Made by a program: the position numbers and the translations under genes. A DNA stretch of 64,000 nt from an uncultured Gammaproteobacteria bacterium (GTDB taxonomy: Bacteria > Patescibacteriota > Microgenomatia > CAZETR01 > Amesbacteraceae). Below are positions 18,575-27,951 of the stretch, one piece after another; position 1 is the stretch's first letter; every line of letters begins with the position of its first letter. Under the pieces are notes generated by a model. The model searched no databases. It was given only the letters and a program-made list of their open reading frames with translations, and had not been told where the DNA came from. The stretch spans positions 1,260 through 65,259 of the forward strand of contig CAZWKN010000004.1 in assembly GCA_964633995.1 (NCBI GenBank). Reading direction: 5' to 3'.

Positions 18575-19294
18575 ATGGCCCATAGAAAACTATGGGATTG
18601 ATAAAATTGACAGGGGTTGGTATACTCCCGGGTGAGGACCACAAGTAGCAAGAGTTATGCGTAAACTGCTCAGATTATGGTTTCGTAAGAGTGCCGTACG
18701 AAGACGGGGTGTTTTGGGGAGCAATTGGATGAGAGGGCAATTGGCCCAGGCTGTAAAGGTGAATCAAGGAGTTATTTTGATGGGGATGGGGAGGTAGTGA
18801 ATAATACTATGTTTACCGAGGCATCGAGACGATTATTGTTAGACAAGGCCAGGTTCGATCACGCGAGTGGTTGGGTGCTGTGGGGGGCGAGTATGTTGGC
18901 GTTGGTTACAGGAAATAGAGATTTGGGTATTTTATTCCTGGGGTTATCTTTTCCGGTATCGATTGATGCTGCTACTAGTTATTTCTCGGCATTTGTTCAC
19001 AAAAATAGGCATTAAAAAAGAGCATCGCCATCGCTGGATTGAGGACCACGAGTAGCAATGCCCTTTGAGAGATAATCGCCTGGACAGATACGGCGATTTT
19101 CACTTGATAACGGTGATAACATTTAAAGATCACCCTTGTCAAGAAAAAAAAGTCCTTATATTTCGCACCTTTTTAAATTAATTAGCCTCTTTGATGTGTA
19201 CTCAGCATGGAGGACCTGAAAAACGTAGTGGAATTTGATAGTGAGCAGGGCAGGCTGACTATTAGTCCACTTGTCCAGGTCTTCCATGGTGAGT

Positions 19295-20089
19295 ATGAAA
19301 AAATATTGCTTATTGCTTATTGCGTATTGCCTATTTTTTGGAATTGCCACTTCCCCTGCAAGGGCGGCTATTTCGTATGGAGCGGGTTACTACACCAATT
19401 TATGTGATAGTGGGACGTCGGCTAAGTTTTATAACTGTGATCCTGGGTGTAATCCTTCTTTGGGATCGTGTATCGGGAAGAATGAGGGAGTGGTGAAGTG
19501 GGTATGTAGTGGAAAATGGGATCAGTGTTTGGAATCCGAAAGCAACTGGAGTAATGCTGAAAGTTTTAATGGGATGAGTTGTGGTAAGACGGCGCAGATT
19601 TCACTGTTTGATAAAAAATGTCGCCGTGATGATGGCAGTTGGGATCAAACCTGCGTCTTGAAGGGATATATGGTGTGGTACTCGGGGGATTGTAAATCTG
19701 GGATGGTCGTTGATACGCCAAAACCGACGACAACGGTGGTACCGACTGTAAAAATAACACCGACCAAATCCGTATCTCTGGTGCCTTCTGCAACTCTAAC
19801 TCCGACTCCGACTATCATCGTAAAGATTTCCGAGGCGCCCAGCGTGTGTGGCGTGGCCTGTACTCCTTTGGGTGGATGTAAAGCTGGATTGGTGTGCACA
19901 AAAGGGGTTTGTAGAAACCCTGCATGTAATCAGGAGAGTAGCTGCTTTTGCGGAAAGATATTAGGATCTGCTGTTGCGACAAAGCCGCCCGAAACAGGTT
20001 TTAATGTTTGGCAGTGGAGTATCGTGTGGATGGGAATATTTGGTTTGGGATGGTATTTGAAAAAAATGGCTGTTAAAGTTTGGAAGTGA
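19295..20089 (+). CDS. secreted Cys-rich protein with Thr/Pro linker and C-terminal sortase-type sorting signal (KPPETG + hydrophobic segment + KK tail)
   Basis: Signal peptide MKKYCLLLIAYCLFFGIATSPARA with a GGTGA RBS. C-terminus ...ATKPPETGFNVWQWSIVWMGIFGLGWYLKKMAVKVWK. The sortase gene follows with an overlapping start. Confidence 0.6.
   Translation: MKKYCLLLIAYCLFFGIATSPARAAISYGAGYYTNLCDSGTSAKFYNCDPGCNPSLGSCIGKNEGVVKWVCSGKWDQCLESESNWSNAESFNGMSCGKTAQISLFDKKCRRDDGSWDQTCVLKGYMVWYSGDCKSGMVVDTPKPTTTVVPTVKITPTKSVSLVPSATLTPTPTIIVKISEAPSVCGVACTPLGGCKAGLVCTKGVCRNPACNQESSCFCGKILGSAVATKPPETGFNVWQWSIVWMGIFGLGWYLKKMAVKVWK
19304..19338. repeat. heptamer tandem array (tattgct x2, tattgcg, tattgcc, tattttt) encoding the signal-peptide h-region
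   Basis: Same tattgc unit as the intergenic array at 46610-46637. Confidence 0.85.
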
Positions 20090-20733
20090 AGCGGGGATTA
20101 ATTTATAAGAGTGGAGTTTATCGGGAGCCTGTCGGTTTGGCTGGGATAGTCGAGGCCCTAAAAGCTGTTGCCAGGTGGCTGGTGAGGGTGGGTAGGTTTT
20201 TGATGGTATTGGCTGTTGTTGGAGCGGTTTATATATATTTACCGTTGGGAATAGCTTGGATAAATTACTCCAACCATAAAGTGACGAAAGAGTTGGTGGT
20301 GGAAGATAATAATTATGCCGTTTTTGTGCCGAAAATTGGTGCTTTGGCGGCGGTTATTCCAAATGTGGACGCTAATAGTAAAGAGGCTTATGGGCTGGCT
20401 TTAAGGGCGGGGGTGGCGGAAGCTGCTGGAATGGCTCATCCAGGTGAGATGGGGACTACTTTGTTATTTGCTCATTCGGTGGGAGATAGGATAGATTTTG
20501 CAAGGTATAACGCAGTTTTTTACTTGTTAGACAAGCTGGGTTTAGGGGATACGGTGGAGATTGTTTATAAGGGTAAATTATTGCGATATGAGGTTGTCCG
20601 GAGAGAAATATTGGAACCAGAAAATAATGCCTATTTTAAGCCTCAAAAATTGTCTGAACAACTGGTTTTACAGACGTGTTGGCCACCAGGGACGACGTGG
20701 AAGAGATTGGTAGTTGTAGGGAGGAGAATTTAG
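20080..20733 (+). CDS. sortase (cysteine transpeptidase), membrane-anchored
   Basis: N-terminal TM. Catalytic His region LLFAHS, TLxTC-type motif LVLQTCWP, and a conserved C-terminal Arg in RLVVVGRR. Confidence 0.75.
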   Translation: MEVKRGLIYKSGVYREPVGLAGIVEALKAVARWLVRVGRFLMVLAVVGAVYIYLPLGIAWINYSNHKVTKELVVEDNNYAVFVPKIGALAAVIPNVDANSKEAYGLALRAGVAEAAGMAHPGEMGTTLLFAHSVGDRIDFARYNAVFYLLDKLGLGDTVEIVYKGKLLRYEVVRREILEPENNAYFKPQKLSEQLVLQTCWPPGTTWKRLVVVGRRI

Positions 20734-20809
20734 TGTTATACTCGCATTTGAACTTCTGGTTTGCCTCAATATTTTTTGATAAATGACCTCTTTTTGAAAT
20801 CTTTGGGAT

Positions 20810-22153
20810 ATGTCTGACAACAATGATGGTGTAATAAATGTTCCGCCCGGACCGGTTTCTGATGGGCAGGATGTAGCAATGGCTTCTCCGGGTGTAAGGT
20901 CTATGATGAGACCTGGTGTGGTCCGAGTTATAGGTAGGGTAGTTCCACGCCCAGCCCCCAGTTTCAATGGCCAGAATCAACAGGCGCGTCCGATAGTTAG
21001 GGCGCCTATTTATCAACAGGAAGAAAGAGTGATTCCCGATTCTGGTTGGCCCACTGAATACGTAGAGGGATTTTTGGATATTACCCCTGATGGGCATGGT
21101 TATTTAAGGCCCAAGATGGTACCCTCTTCTAAGGATGTTTATATTTCTTCTTCTCAGGTAAGAAGGTTTAATTTACGCCCCGGAGATTTGGTGGGTGGCC
21201 AGGCAAGGGAGCCCAAAGAAAATGAAAGATATTGGGGGCTTTTGAAAGTCGAAAAAGTAAATTCTGGGACACCAGAACAGGCGGCAACCAGGCCAGAATT
21301 TGACAACATGACGGCTGTTTTTCCGGAGGAACAGTTGGTTTTGGAGACCGATCCCGAAATAATGTCGACGAGGATCATCGATTTGGTGGCCCCGATCGGA
21401 AAGGGTCAAAGAGGACTTATTGTGGCCCAACCTAAGGCTGGGAAGACATGGTTACTTAGGGACATTGCTCAGTCGCTGACCAAAAATTATCCGGATATGC
21501 ATTTGATGGCGGTGCTTATAGGGGAAAGGCCTGAGGAAGTAACGGAGATTATCAGATCACTAAAGGGAGAAGTGGCTGCGTCGCATTTCGATGAGCCTCC
21601 CTTGGAACAAGTTAGAATTGCCGAATTGGCTTTGGAGCGGGCCAAAAGATTGGTAGAGATGGGTAAGGATGTGTTTATCCTGTTGGACTCGATTACACGA
21701 CTGGCCAGGGCATATAACATGATTACTTCTGGGTCGGGTAGGATGATGTCTGGAGGATTTTCGGCAGAAGCTATTTATCCCGCCAAAAAAGCTTTTGGGG
21801 CAGCAAGAAAATTTGAAGAGGGTGGAAGCTTGACTATTTTGGGTACATGTTTGGTGGATACTGGTTCCCGACAGGACGACTTGGTTTATGAGGAATTTAA
21901 AGGAACCGGAAATATGGAGTTGCATTTGGACAGAAGACTGGCTGATAGGCGAGTGTTTCCGGCATATGATATCTTGAAAAGTGGAACCAGAGGTGAAGAA
22001 AAATTGTTGGGCAAGAGATACGAGAAGGTAATTCAACTTCGGAGAATGTTGGACTTACTAAACGAGGATGAACGGACAGAATTGTTGATTGCGAAAATGA
22101 AAAAGACTAAGAATAACGACGACTTTTTGGAAAGCTTGACGAAGGCTGGTTAA
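20810..22153 (+). CDS. rho: transcription termination factor Rho (with N-terminal low-complexity extension)
   Basis: CSD-like RNA-binding domain (RFNLRPGDLVGG) and an ATPase domain with Walker A GKGQRGLIVAQPKAGKT and Q/R loops. Confidence 0.95.
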   Translation: MSDNNDGVINVPPGPVSDGQDVAMASPGVRSMMRPGVVRVIGRVVPRPAPSFNGQNQQARPIVRAPIYQQEERVIPDSGWPTEYVEGFLDITPDGHGYLRPKMVPSSKDVYISSSQVRRFNLRPGDLVGGQAREPKENERYWGLLKVEKVNSGTPEQAATRPEFDNMTAVFPEEQLVLETDPEIMSTRIIDLVAPIGKGQRGLIVAQPKAGKTWLLRDIAQSLTKNYPDMHLMAVLIGERPEEVTEIIRSLKGEVAASHFDEPPLEQVRIAELALERAKRLVEMGKDVFILLDSITRLARAYNMITSGSGRMMSGGFSAEAIYPAKKAFGAARKFEEGGSLTILGTCLVDTGSRQDDLVYEEFKGTGNMELHLDRRLADRRVFPAYDILKSGTRGEEKLLGKRYEKVIQLRRMLDLLNEDERTELLIAKMKKTKNNDDFLESLTKAG

Positions 22154-22154
22154 C

Positions 22155-23156
22155 ATGTCCGATATTCAAGCCAGAAAACAGCAACATTTGGTTTTGGCGA
22201 TGGATGAGAGAAGTCAGGGAAATTTGGATTTGTGGAAAGAGGTTGGTTTACCATACAAAACACTGCCAGAGATTAACTTGGCAGATGTAGATACGGCAGT
22301 TAATTTGTTAGGAAAGAAGATTAATCAGCCGTTAATTATCGGGTCGATGACGGGAGGGTCGGAGCATGCGGCCCAGATAAATACAAATCTGGCAATTGCC
22401 GCTGAGCAAATGAGAGTGGGGTTGGGAGTAGGTAGTCAGCGGGTCGCTTTGGAAAAAGCAGATGCGAAAAAGACATTTGAATTAGTTAGAAAATACGCAC
22501 CGACGACGGTGGTTTTTGCTAATATGGGCGCGGTGCAGTTGAACTATGGCCACACGGTTGAGTCGTATAAGAGAGTCGTAGATATGATTTCTGCAGATGG
22601 ATTGTACTTACACATAAACCCCATGCAGGAAGCTTTACAGCCGGAGGGAGACACAAATTTCGAATTTCTAATTTCTAAGATTGAAAAGTTGGTAAAAGAA
22701 ATTGGTGTGCCGGTGTTTGCCAAAGAAGTTGGTGGAGGAATAGATGTGGAATCAGCCAGGAAATTGGTGAATGTGGGGGTAGCTGGAATTGATGTGGCAG
22801 GGGTTGGGGGAACAAGTTGGACATGGATTGAGGGAATGCGGCGGCAAAATGACCGGCTGACTAGTTGGTTTTCTGATGCTGGGTATAGGACAGACGAATT
22901 ATTGCCGAAAATCAGGAAGGAATGCCCTGAAGTGATGTTGGTGGCTAGCGGGGGAGTACGGAGCCCTATTCAGGGGTTAAAAGCCATGATAATGGGGGCT
23001 AACTATTATTCGGCGGCAAGGCCGTTTTTGGGGCCAGCTATGGATTCGGCTGAGGAGGTGGTGAGGTTGGTAGCGGATTGGGAAAGCGGGTTTAGGATTG
23101 CGTTGTTTGGTACCGGCAAGAAAAAACCACCTAATGGTGGCTTGGGCTTTTCTTAG
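22155..23156 (+). CDS. fni: type 2 isopentenyl-diphosphate delta-isomerase (FMN-dependent)
   Basis: RKQQHL, IIGSMTGGS, GVGSQR, VFANMG, HINPMQEALQPEGD and AKEVGGGID motifs co-linear with Fni. Confidence 0.85.
   Translation: MSDIQARKQQHLVLAMDERSQGNLDLWKEVGLPYKTLPEINLADVDTAVNLLGKKINQPLIIGSMTGGSEHAAQINTNLAIAAEQMRVGLGVGSQRVALEKADAKKTFELVRKYAPTTVVFANMGAVQLNYGHTVESYKRVVDMISADGLYLHINPMQEALQPEGDTNFEFLISKIEKLVKEIGVPVFAKEVGGGIDVESARKLVNVGVAGIDVAGVGGTSWTWIEGMRRQNDRLTSWFSDAGYRTDELLPKIRKECPEVMLVASGGVRSPIQGLKAMIMGANYYSAARPFLGPAMDSAEEVVRLVADWESGFRIALFGTGKKKPPNGGLGFS
22656..22676. repeat. heptamer array (aatttcg aatttct aatttct) inside fni
   Basis: Same aatttct/taatttc unit as the array in murD (28999-29033). 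Confidence 0.8.
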
Positions 23157-23263
23157 GGTCTTCTTTACAACCCTCGGATCAATCTGGTTTATCGCGATTG
23201 ATAGTATTGAGTATACCAGGGGACTTGAAGCAAGTCAATGCTGAGTGGTAAATTGGCCGAACT

Positions 23264-23497
23264 ATGGACAAAAAATTGCTGAAAGAAAAACTGGAAAAAT
23301 TAAAAAAGGATTTAATTCAGCTGGAGACGGTCGAAGCCGAAAAAATAAGACTGAAGCGGATTGAGGCGGATATGGAAGATGATTACAGAGAGAATGAGTA
23401 TGCAAAGATGGTGATGGGGGACCATGATCTGTTGTGGGTTAGAAAGTTGGAATTAAAGAGGGAGATAGTTAAGTTGAAAAAGATGCTTCTTACTTGA
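23264..23497 (+). CDS. small coiled-coil protein (77 aa)
   Basis: Charged heptad-rich ORF with no known motif. Confidence 0.4.
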   Translation: MDKKLLKEKLEKLKKDLIQLETVEAEKIRLKRIEADMEDDYRENEYAKMVMGDHDLLWVRKLELKREIVKLKKMLLT

Positions 23498-24776
23498 CCC
23501 AGATAGCTTGGTCTGAAACGGTGGTGTCAAAGGGGCCGGTTACGGCGCATGAATTGGTATCGGCGACCTGGTTGGTCTTGAGGGACAGGATGTATTTGCT
23601 ATCTGAAGACCAGATTTGGGCTGGGATTGTGGTGGAATACGTAAAATTGGTATAGTCACAGTCAGAAATAAGGTCGCCGCTTAAGGAGTAGGTTTTAAAG
23701 CCTTTGTATGGAAGGAGTACTTTGTCCGATCCGGGGTTGGGAATAGGTACAGAGGAGGTATTTGGTGTATGTCTGTTAAAGAAAAACGAGTCGCCTGATT
23801 TAGTATTGAGATTAAAGGAATATAAGGGGTTTTCGTCGATATTGGGATCGTAAGAATCTTTTTTAAAGTTAAGATATGCAAATGACGGATTGACAGAATT
23901 GAAAGAAATAAGTTCGCCATAAGGTTTCCTGTCGGTTGAACTTTCGGCCAATAATAGTTTCTCCTTGGTTTGGGAGTCGAACAGTATTAATTGGTTGAGA
24001 CTGTTGTAGAGGGTGATGTAGCGGTTATCAGGTGAATAATGGTGAGATGCGGGGTTAAGCTGGTCGGTGACCTTGACAACATTATTTCCGGAATACTCAC
24101 TTTCGTACAAGACTCCGTTTTGAATGTATGAAACTTTGGGTTTGTTGGGAATAAAGACAAGAGAGCCTTCGGAGGCAATATCGACAAGCCTTCTTTTGGT
24201 GGTCATATCAAATAAGGTGTTGGATTTACCAGAATTCCAAACATTGAGATACAAGTTATCGGCCGACCAGGTGGGATGGCTTGGGATTTGGTCTGGCGGG
24301 GTGATAAATTCGGTTAACGGAGCAAGTGTGTTGGCAAGATCTAATACTTTAAGACCTGAAACTTCGGATGAGCCGAAAATAATGGCCAGAAGTTGGCGAT
24401 TTGGGGAGAGTGACAGTTCCAAAACGGGGGACTTTACGTCTAGTAATAGGGATTTTCTGGGTCCTTCGGGAGTAAAATTGATGAGCCAAAGTTGATTATC
24501 GGAAACGGTTATAAGTTGGTGGCCGGAGAGTGCGGTTAGGGGAAGTCTGTTTATGGATGGAGGAGGGGGGTTGGTTGTAAGAGTAGGAATAGGAGATGGG
24601 GAATTTGATGAGGTGGGGAGTGTGGAGGTGGGTTTGGGTCTTGGTTTCGAACCATTTTTAATCAAGGACAATAGGATAATAAGTAATAATAAAATGGCGA
24701 GAATGCCACCGAGAATAGGAAAGAAAAGTTTGGGGATTTTGAGCATGGCGAAGGGGTTTGTGGACGGCAGTTCCAT
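23490..24776 (-). CDS. membrane-anchored beta-propeller (TolB/PD40-like) protein with Pro/Thr-rich stalk
   Basis: N-terminal TM, PT-rich linker, and repeated approximately 40-aa beta-strand blocks. Confidence 0.5.
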   Translation of the reverse strand: MELPSTNPFAMLKIPKLFFPILGGILAILLLLIILLSLIKNGSKPRPKPTSTLPTSSNSPSPIPTLTTNPPPPSINRLPLTALSGHQLITVSDNQLWLINFTPEGPRKSLLLDVKSPVLELSLSPNRQLLAIIFGSSEVSGLKVLDLANTLAPLTEFITPPDQIPSHPTWSADNLYLNVWNSGKSNTLFDMTTKRRLVDIASEGSLVFIPNKPKVSYIQNGVLYESEYSGNNVVKVTDQLNPASHHYSPDNRYITLYNSLNQLILFDSQTKEKLLLAESSTDRKPYGELISFNSVNPSFAYLNFKKDSYDPNIDENPLYSFNLNTKSGDSFFFNRHTPNTSSVPIPNPGSDKVLLPYKGFKTYSLSGDLISDCDYTNFTYSTTIPAQIWSSDSKYILSLKTNQVADTNSCAVTGPFDTTVSDQAIWVK

Positions 24777-24785
24777 GGAGTTACT

Positions 24786-25784
24786 TTAGACTATTTTGAC
24801 TTCGTATTCCAGGTCGATGTCAAAATGTTTTTTAACATCTGCGCGCATGAGTTCGGAATAATTATAAATTTCTTGACCAGAGGCTCCGCCTAGGTTGATG
24901 ATGTTTAGAGCTTGGTTTGGCGATGTGGAAACTTTGCCAATTTTCTTTCCTTTCCAGCCTAATTCATCTACTACTCTGGCGACAGAAAGTTTGACGTATT
25001 TATCCTGCGTATTGGGATCCGTATATGAAAGTCTGTCGACGGGGTAAGCCAAAAGGTCCGGAACTTGAGTTTGCAGGTGGATAAATTTTTCTTTGGTAAT
25101 AATCGGGTTTTTAAAAAATGAACCGGCAGTACCTACCCTTTTTATGTCTGGGAGTTTGTCTGTGCGGATTTTGATAACGGCGTTAAAAATGTCTCTAATA
25201 GTGAACGGCTCTTTGGCTATTTGTTCTAGGGTTGGAAGTAATGAAGCGTGGCGTGTGGCGCGATATGAGGTTTCCAGGTGAGGAATTTTGGAAAGACGGT
25301 AGGTGGTTGATGTAACTAATAATTCAGGGTGGTTTTTGAAATAACTGTCGCGGTAAGAAAATTGACAATCTGATTTTTGAAAAGTTTGAGAGGAAGTTTG
25401 GACACTAACGAGGACATCTTCCTGGTTTTGGCCGTAGGCGGCGATGTTGCCTATCACGGCGCCACCGACGGTGCCTGGGATTAAGGCCATGTTTTCCAGC
25501 CCAGAGAGATTGTGGTCGACAGACCAGGTGACTAAATCGTGCCAGTTTTGGCCTGCAGCGGTTTCTATTAAAACATCAGTGTCTGTTTCTTTAATAACTT
25601 TAATACCGGAGAAATTTATTTTAACGACGGTACCTAGAAAGTTTTTAGTAAACAGAATGTTGGCGCCGCCACCGAGAAATAAAATTGGTTCGTCTTTGGG
25701 AAGATCATTGGGATTATTTAACTCGATGAAGTTGTTGGCATTAGCGTGGACGCGGAGGGTGTTGTAGGGGAAAAGATCTATCAT
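24786..25784 (-). CDS. murB: UDP-N-acetylenolpyruvoylglucosamine reductase
   Basis: FAD-binding PxNT...ILGxGSNxLF-like block (PYNTLRV...FLGGGANILF) and LENMALIPGTVGGAVIGNIAAYG. Start chosen at the internal ATG (MIDLF) abutting the murA stop, rather than the 98-nt-overlapping upstream ATG. Confidence 0.8.
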   Translation of the reverse strand: MIDLFPYNTLRVHANANNFIELNNPNDLPKDEPILFLGGGANILFTKNFLGTVVKINFSGIKVIKETDTDVLIETAAGQNWHDLVTWSVDHNLSGLENMALIPGTVGGAVIGNIAAYGQNQEDVLVSVQTSSQTFQKSDCQFSYRDSYFKNHPELLVTSTTYRLSKIPHLETSYRATRHASLLPTLEQIAKEPFTIRDIFNAVIKIRTDKLPDIKRVGTAGSFFKNPIITKEKFIHLQTQVPDLLAYPVDRLSYTDPNTQDKYVKLSVARVVDELGWKGKKIGKVSTSPNQALNIINLGGASGQEIYNYSELMRADVKKHFDIDLEYEVKIV

Positions 25785-25785
25785 G

Positions 25786-27075
25786 CTAGGATTCTTGAAT
25801 GACTGCCCCAAGGGATTTGAGATTGTTAACAAAGTTGGGATGACCGCGGTGAATAGCGTCTGCATTTTGAATGACGGTTTCACCTGTAGCGATCATGGCG
25901 GCCATGGCCATGCTGATGACGGCTCTGATAATGTAGGGAGCTTCCAGTTTGGTGCCGGAAAGTTTGTTGCCGCCGGTTGCAATAACACGGTGTGGGTCGC
26001 ACATGAGAATATTGGCACCGAGTTTGGTAAGTTCCGATGTCCAAAAAAGACCTGCTTCGTACATCCAGTTGTGAAACAAGACTTGTCCAGATGGGGCCGC
26101 GAGTGCCAGGGGGATAAAGAGGGGAAGCATGTCGACAGGAAGGGCGGGCCAGGGTTGGGCGCGGATGATCAAGGGGGATGTGGATTTGGTAATGGTTGGA
26201 GTTTGGCCGGATGCGATGGTGGCCGTATCGGCGTCATAGGTAATTTTGATCCCAAATTTGGCAAATTCCCGATTTATACTAATGGAATGGCCGGGTAGAC
26301 TTTTTTTGACTTTGATTTGGCCGTCGGTAATGGCCCCCAGGGCAAGAAAAGTTCCGATTTCGTAAATGTCGGAGATTACGGTGTATGGTATGGGGGATAA
26401 GGGATGGCCGCCTTCGATGGTAAGAATGTTTGATCCAATGCCAGAAATTTTGGCTCCGGCAAGGTTGAGAAAATTACAGAGTTCCTGTACATGTGGTTCA
26501 CTGGCTGCATGGGTAATCGTGGTGGTGCCGTGTAGGGTGACAGCTAGCATGATGGTGTTTTCCGTGGCGGTGGGACTGGCTTCCAGGAGCCAAACCTGGC
26601 CTGGCTTGGCGCTCGTGGCGTCAAAGATAACTCCGGAAGCGGTGACGTTGACCTTTACCCCTAGGTCTAAAAATGCTTGATAATGGGCATCTATAGGACG
26701 GGCGCCTAAGGTGCATCCAGCTGGTTGTTCTGAGCTTTCGGCTTTTTGGAATCTACCCAACATTGGGCCCCAAAGTAGAGTCGTCCCCCGGATACCCTTG
26801 CCGGTGCCGACGTCGTTTTTATCTAAGGGGTCATATCTGACGGAGGAATTATCGATGGTTAGAGTGCAGGTTTTTTTGTTCCAGTCAATGTTGCTTCCGA
26901 GCCCCATTAGAATAGTTACCAACCTTTGAACATCAGTAATATCGGGGACATTGGTTAGGGTGACTGGTTTGTCAAAAAGAAGGGTGGCTGGGATGAGGGC
27001 GACAATTGAGTTTTTGGAACCTGAGGGAGTAATTTCTCCAGAAAGTTTCTGTCCACCCAGGATAGTGAGATTCAT
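25786..27075 (-). CDS. murA: UDP-N-acetylglucosamine 1-carboxyvinyltransferase
   Basis: N-terminus LTILGGQKLSGEITPSGSKNS. EPSP-synthase fold with the active-site Cys loop region conserved. Confidence 0.95.
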   Translation of the reverse strand: MNLTILGGQKLSGEITPSGSKNSIVALIPATLLFDKPVTLTNVPDITDVQRLVTILMGLGSNIDWNKKTCTLTIDNSSVRYDPLDKNDVGTGKGIRGTTLLWGPMLGRFQKAESSEQPAGCTLGARPIDAHYQAFLDLGVKVNVTASGVIFDATSAKPGQVWLLEASPTATENTIMLAVTLHGTTTITHAASEPHVQELCNFLNLAGAKISGIGSNILTIEGGHPLSPIPYTVISDIYEIGTFLALGAITDGQIKVKKSLPGHSISINREFAKFGIKITYDADTATIASGQTPTITKSTSPLIIRAQPWPALPVDMLPLFIPLALAAPSGQVLFHNWMYEAGLFWTSELTKLGANILMCDPHRVIATGGNKLSGTKLEAPYIIRAVISMAMAAMIATGETVIQNADAIHRGHPNFVNNLKSLGAVIQES

Positions 27076-27111
27076 ACTTGATCATTATAGCGAGTAATGT
27101 AAAGTGGGGAT

Positions 27112-27951
27112 ATGGGAATAAGTAAGGTTGTTGTATCGACTCTCAGAAGTCATCCAATGCAATTGCCCACGAGTGAAGAAATAAAACAAATGATGGCTAT
27201 TGAGGCGAAGTGTGATCCTTCAACATCAAAACACTTTCCGGATTTTTCTGTGGCTAATGAATGGTTAGAATTGTTGAAGGTTGAGTCGGATTTATTTTTA
27301 AAGTTTTCTTCTATTGTAGAAACTAACGATGAGGTTGAAAAAATTAAATCAGTGGTAGTCGAGAGAACCCTAAGAGAAAGGCCGATGAGTTTATTTAATA
27401 AGATAGAAGGTTATTTGGGTGAAGAAGATAAACTGGAAAAATGTGAGGTGGCGATTGTGTTTGGTGGAAAAACACTGTCTAGGGCAAATAAGGGTGCGCA
27501 AATGTATTTGGATGGATGGGTTGAAAAATTACTAATGACAGGAAAAGGGCCGGTTTATAAGGGGGTTTTTAAAGAACCAGAAGCAATCGTATTTAAAAAG
27601 AGGGCAATGGAATTGGGTGTTTCAGAAGAGAAAATATTAACCGAGTGTGAATCGATAAATATTCCCAGTAACGTCAGGGCAAGTCTAAATTTGCTTGATG
27701 AATTGGGAATCAAATATAAAACAGTGATGCAAATTATTTCATGGTACGCAAACCGAAGAGCCTGGGTAACTCTGAAAAAGTATGTTGAGCCAGGAGTTCG
27801 GATAATAAGAGTAAATCCGGATTTACCAAAAAATGATGGTAAGCCGAACGGTTACGATAGGGGTGAGTGGTACAAAACTGGGGAAGGGATAGAAATAGTT
27901 TTTAATGAGTTTGTGAAGATGGTGCATCAAGTGGTGACTGATGCTGCGTGA
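27112..27951 (+). CDS. DUF218 (YdcF/ElyC/SanA-family) protein
   Basis: CEVAIVFGGKTLSRANKGAQMYLDGWVEKLLMTGKGP matches the DUF218 core. Confidence 0.6.
   Translation: MGISKVVVSTLRSHPMQLPTSEEIKQMMAIEAKCDPSTSKHFPDFSVANEWLELLKVESDLFLKFSSIVETNDEVEKIKSVVVERTLRERPMSLFNKIEGYLGEEDKLEKCEVAIVFGGKTLSRANKGAQMYLDGWVEKLLMTGKGPVYKGVFKEPEAIVFKKRAMELGVSEEKILTECESINIPSNVRASLNLLDELGIKYKTVMQIISWYANRRAWVTLKKYVEPGVRIIRVNPDLPKNDGKPNGYDRGEWYKTGEGIEIVFNEFVKMVHQVVTDAA

Noticed and set aside
18600-19150. RNase P RNA / tmRNA / SRP RNA in the ORF-free region
   Set aside because: Conserved cores (GGAAAGTCCGG; tmRNA tRNA-like end; SRP domain IV GGAAGCAGCC) were not found by eye.
20636-21097. 153-aa and 99-aa minus-strand ORFs
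   Set aside because: Antisense to the Rho N-terminal region and the sortase 3' end. Rho is strongly supported on the plus strand.
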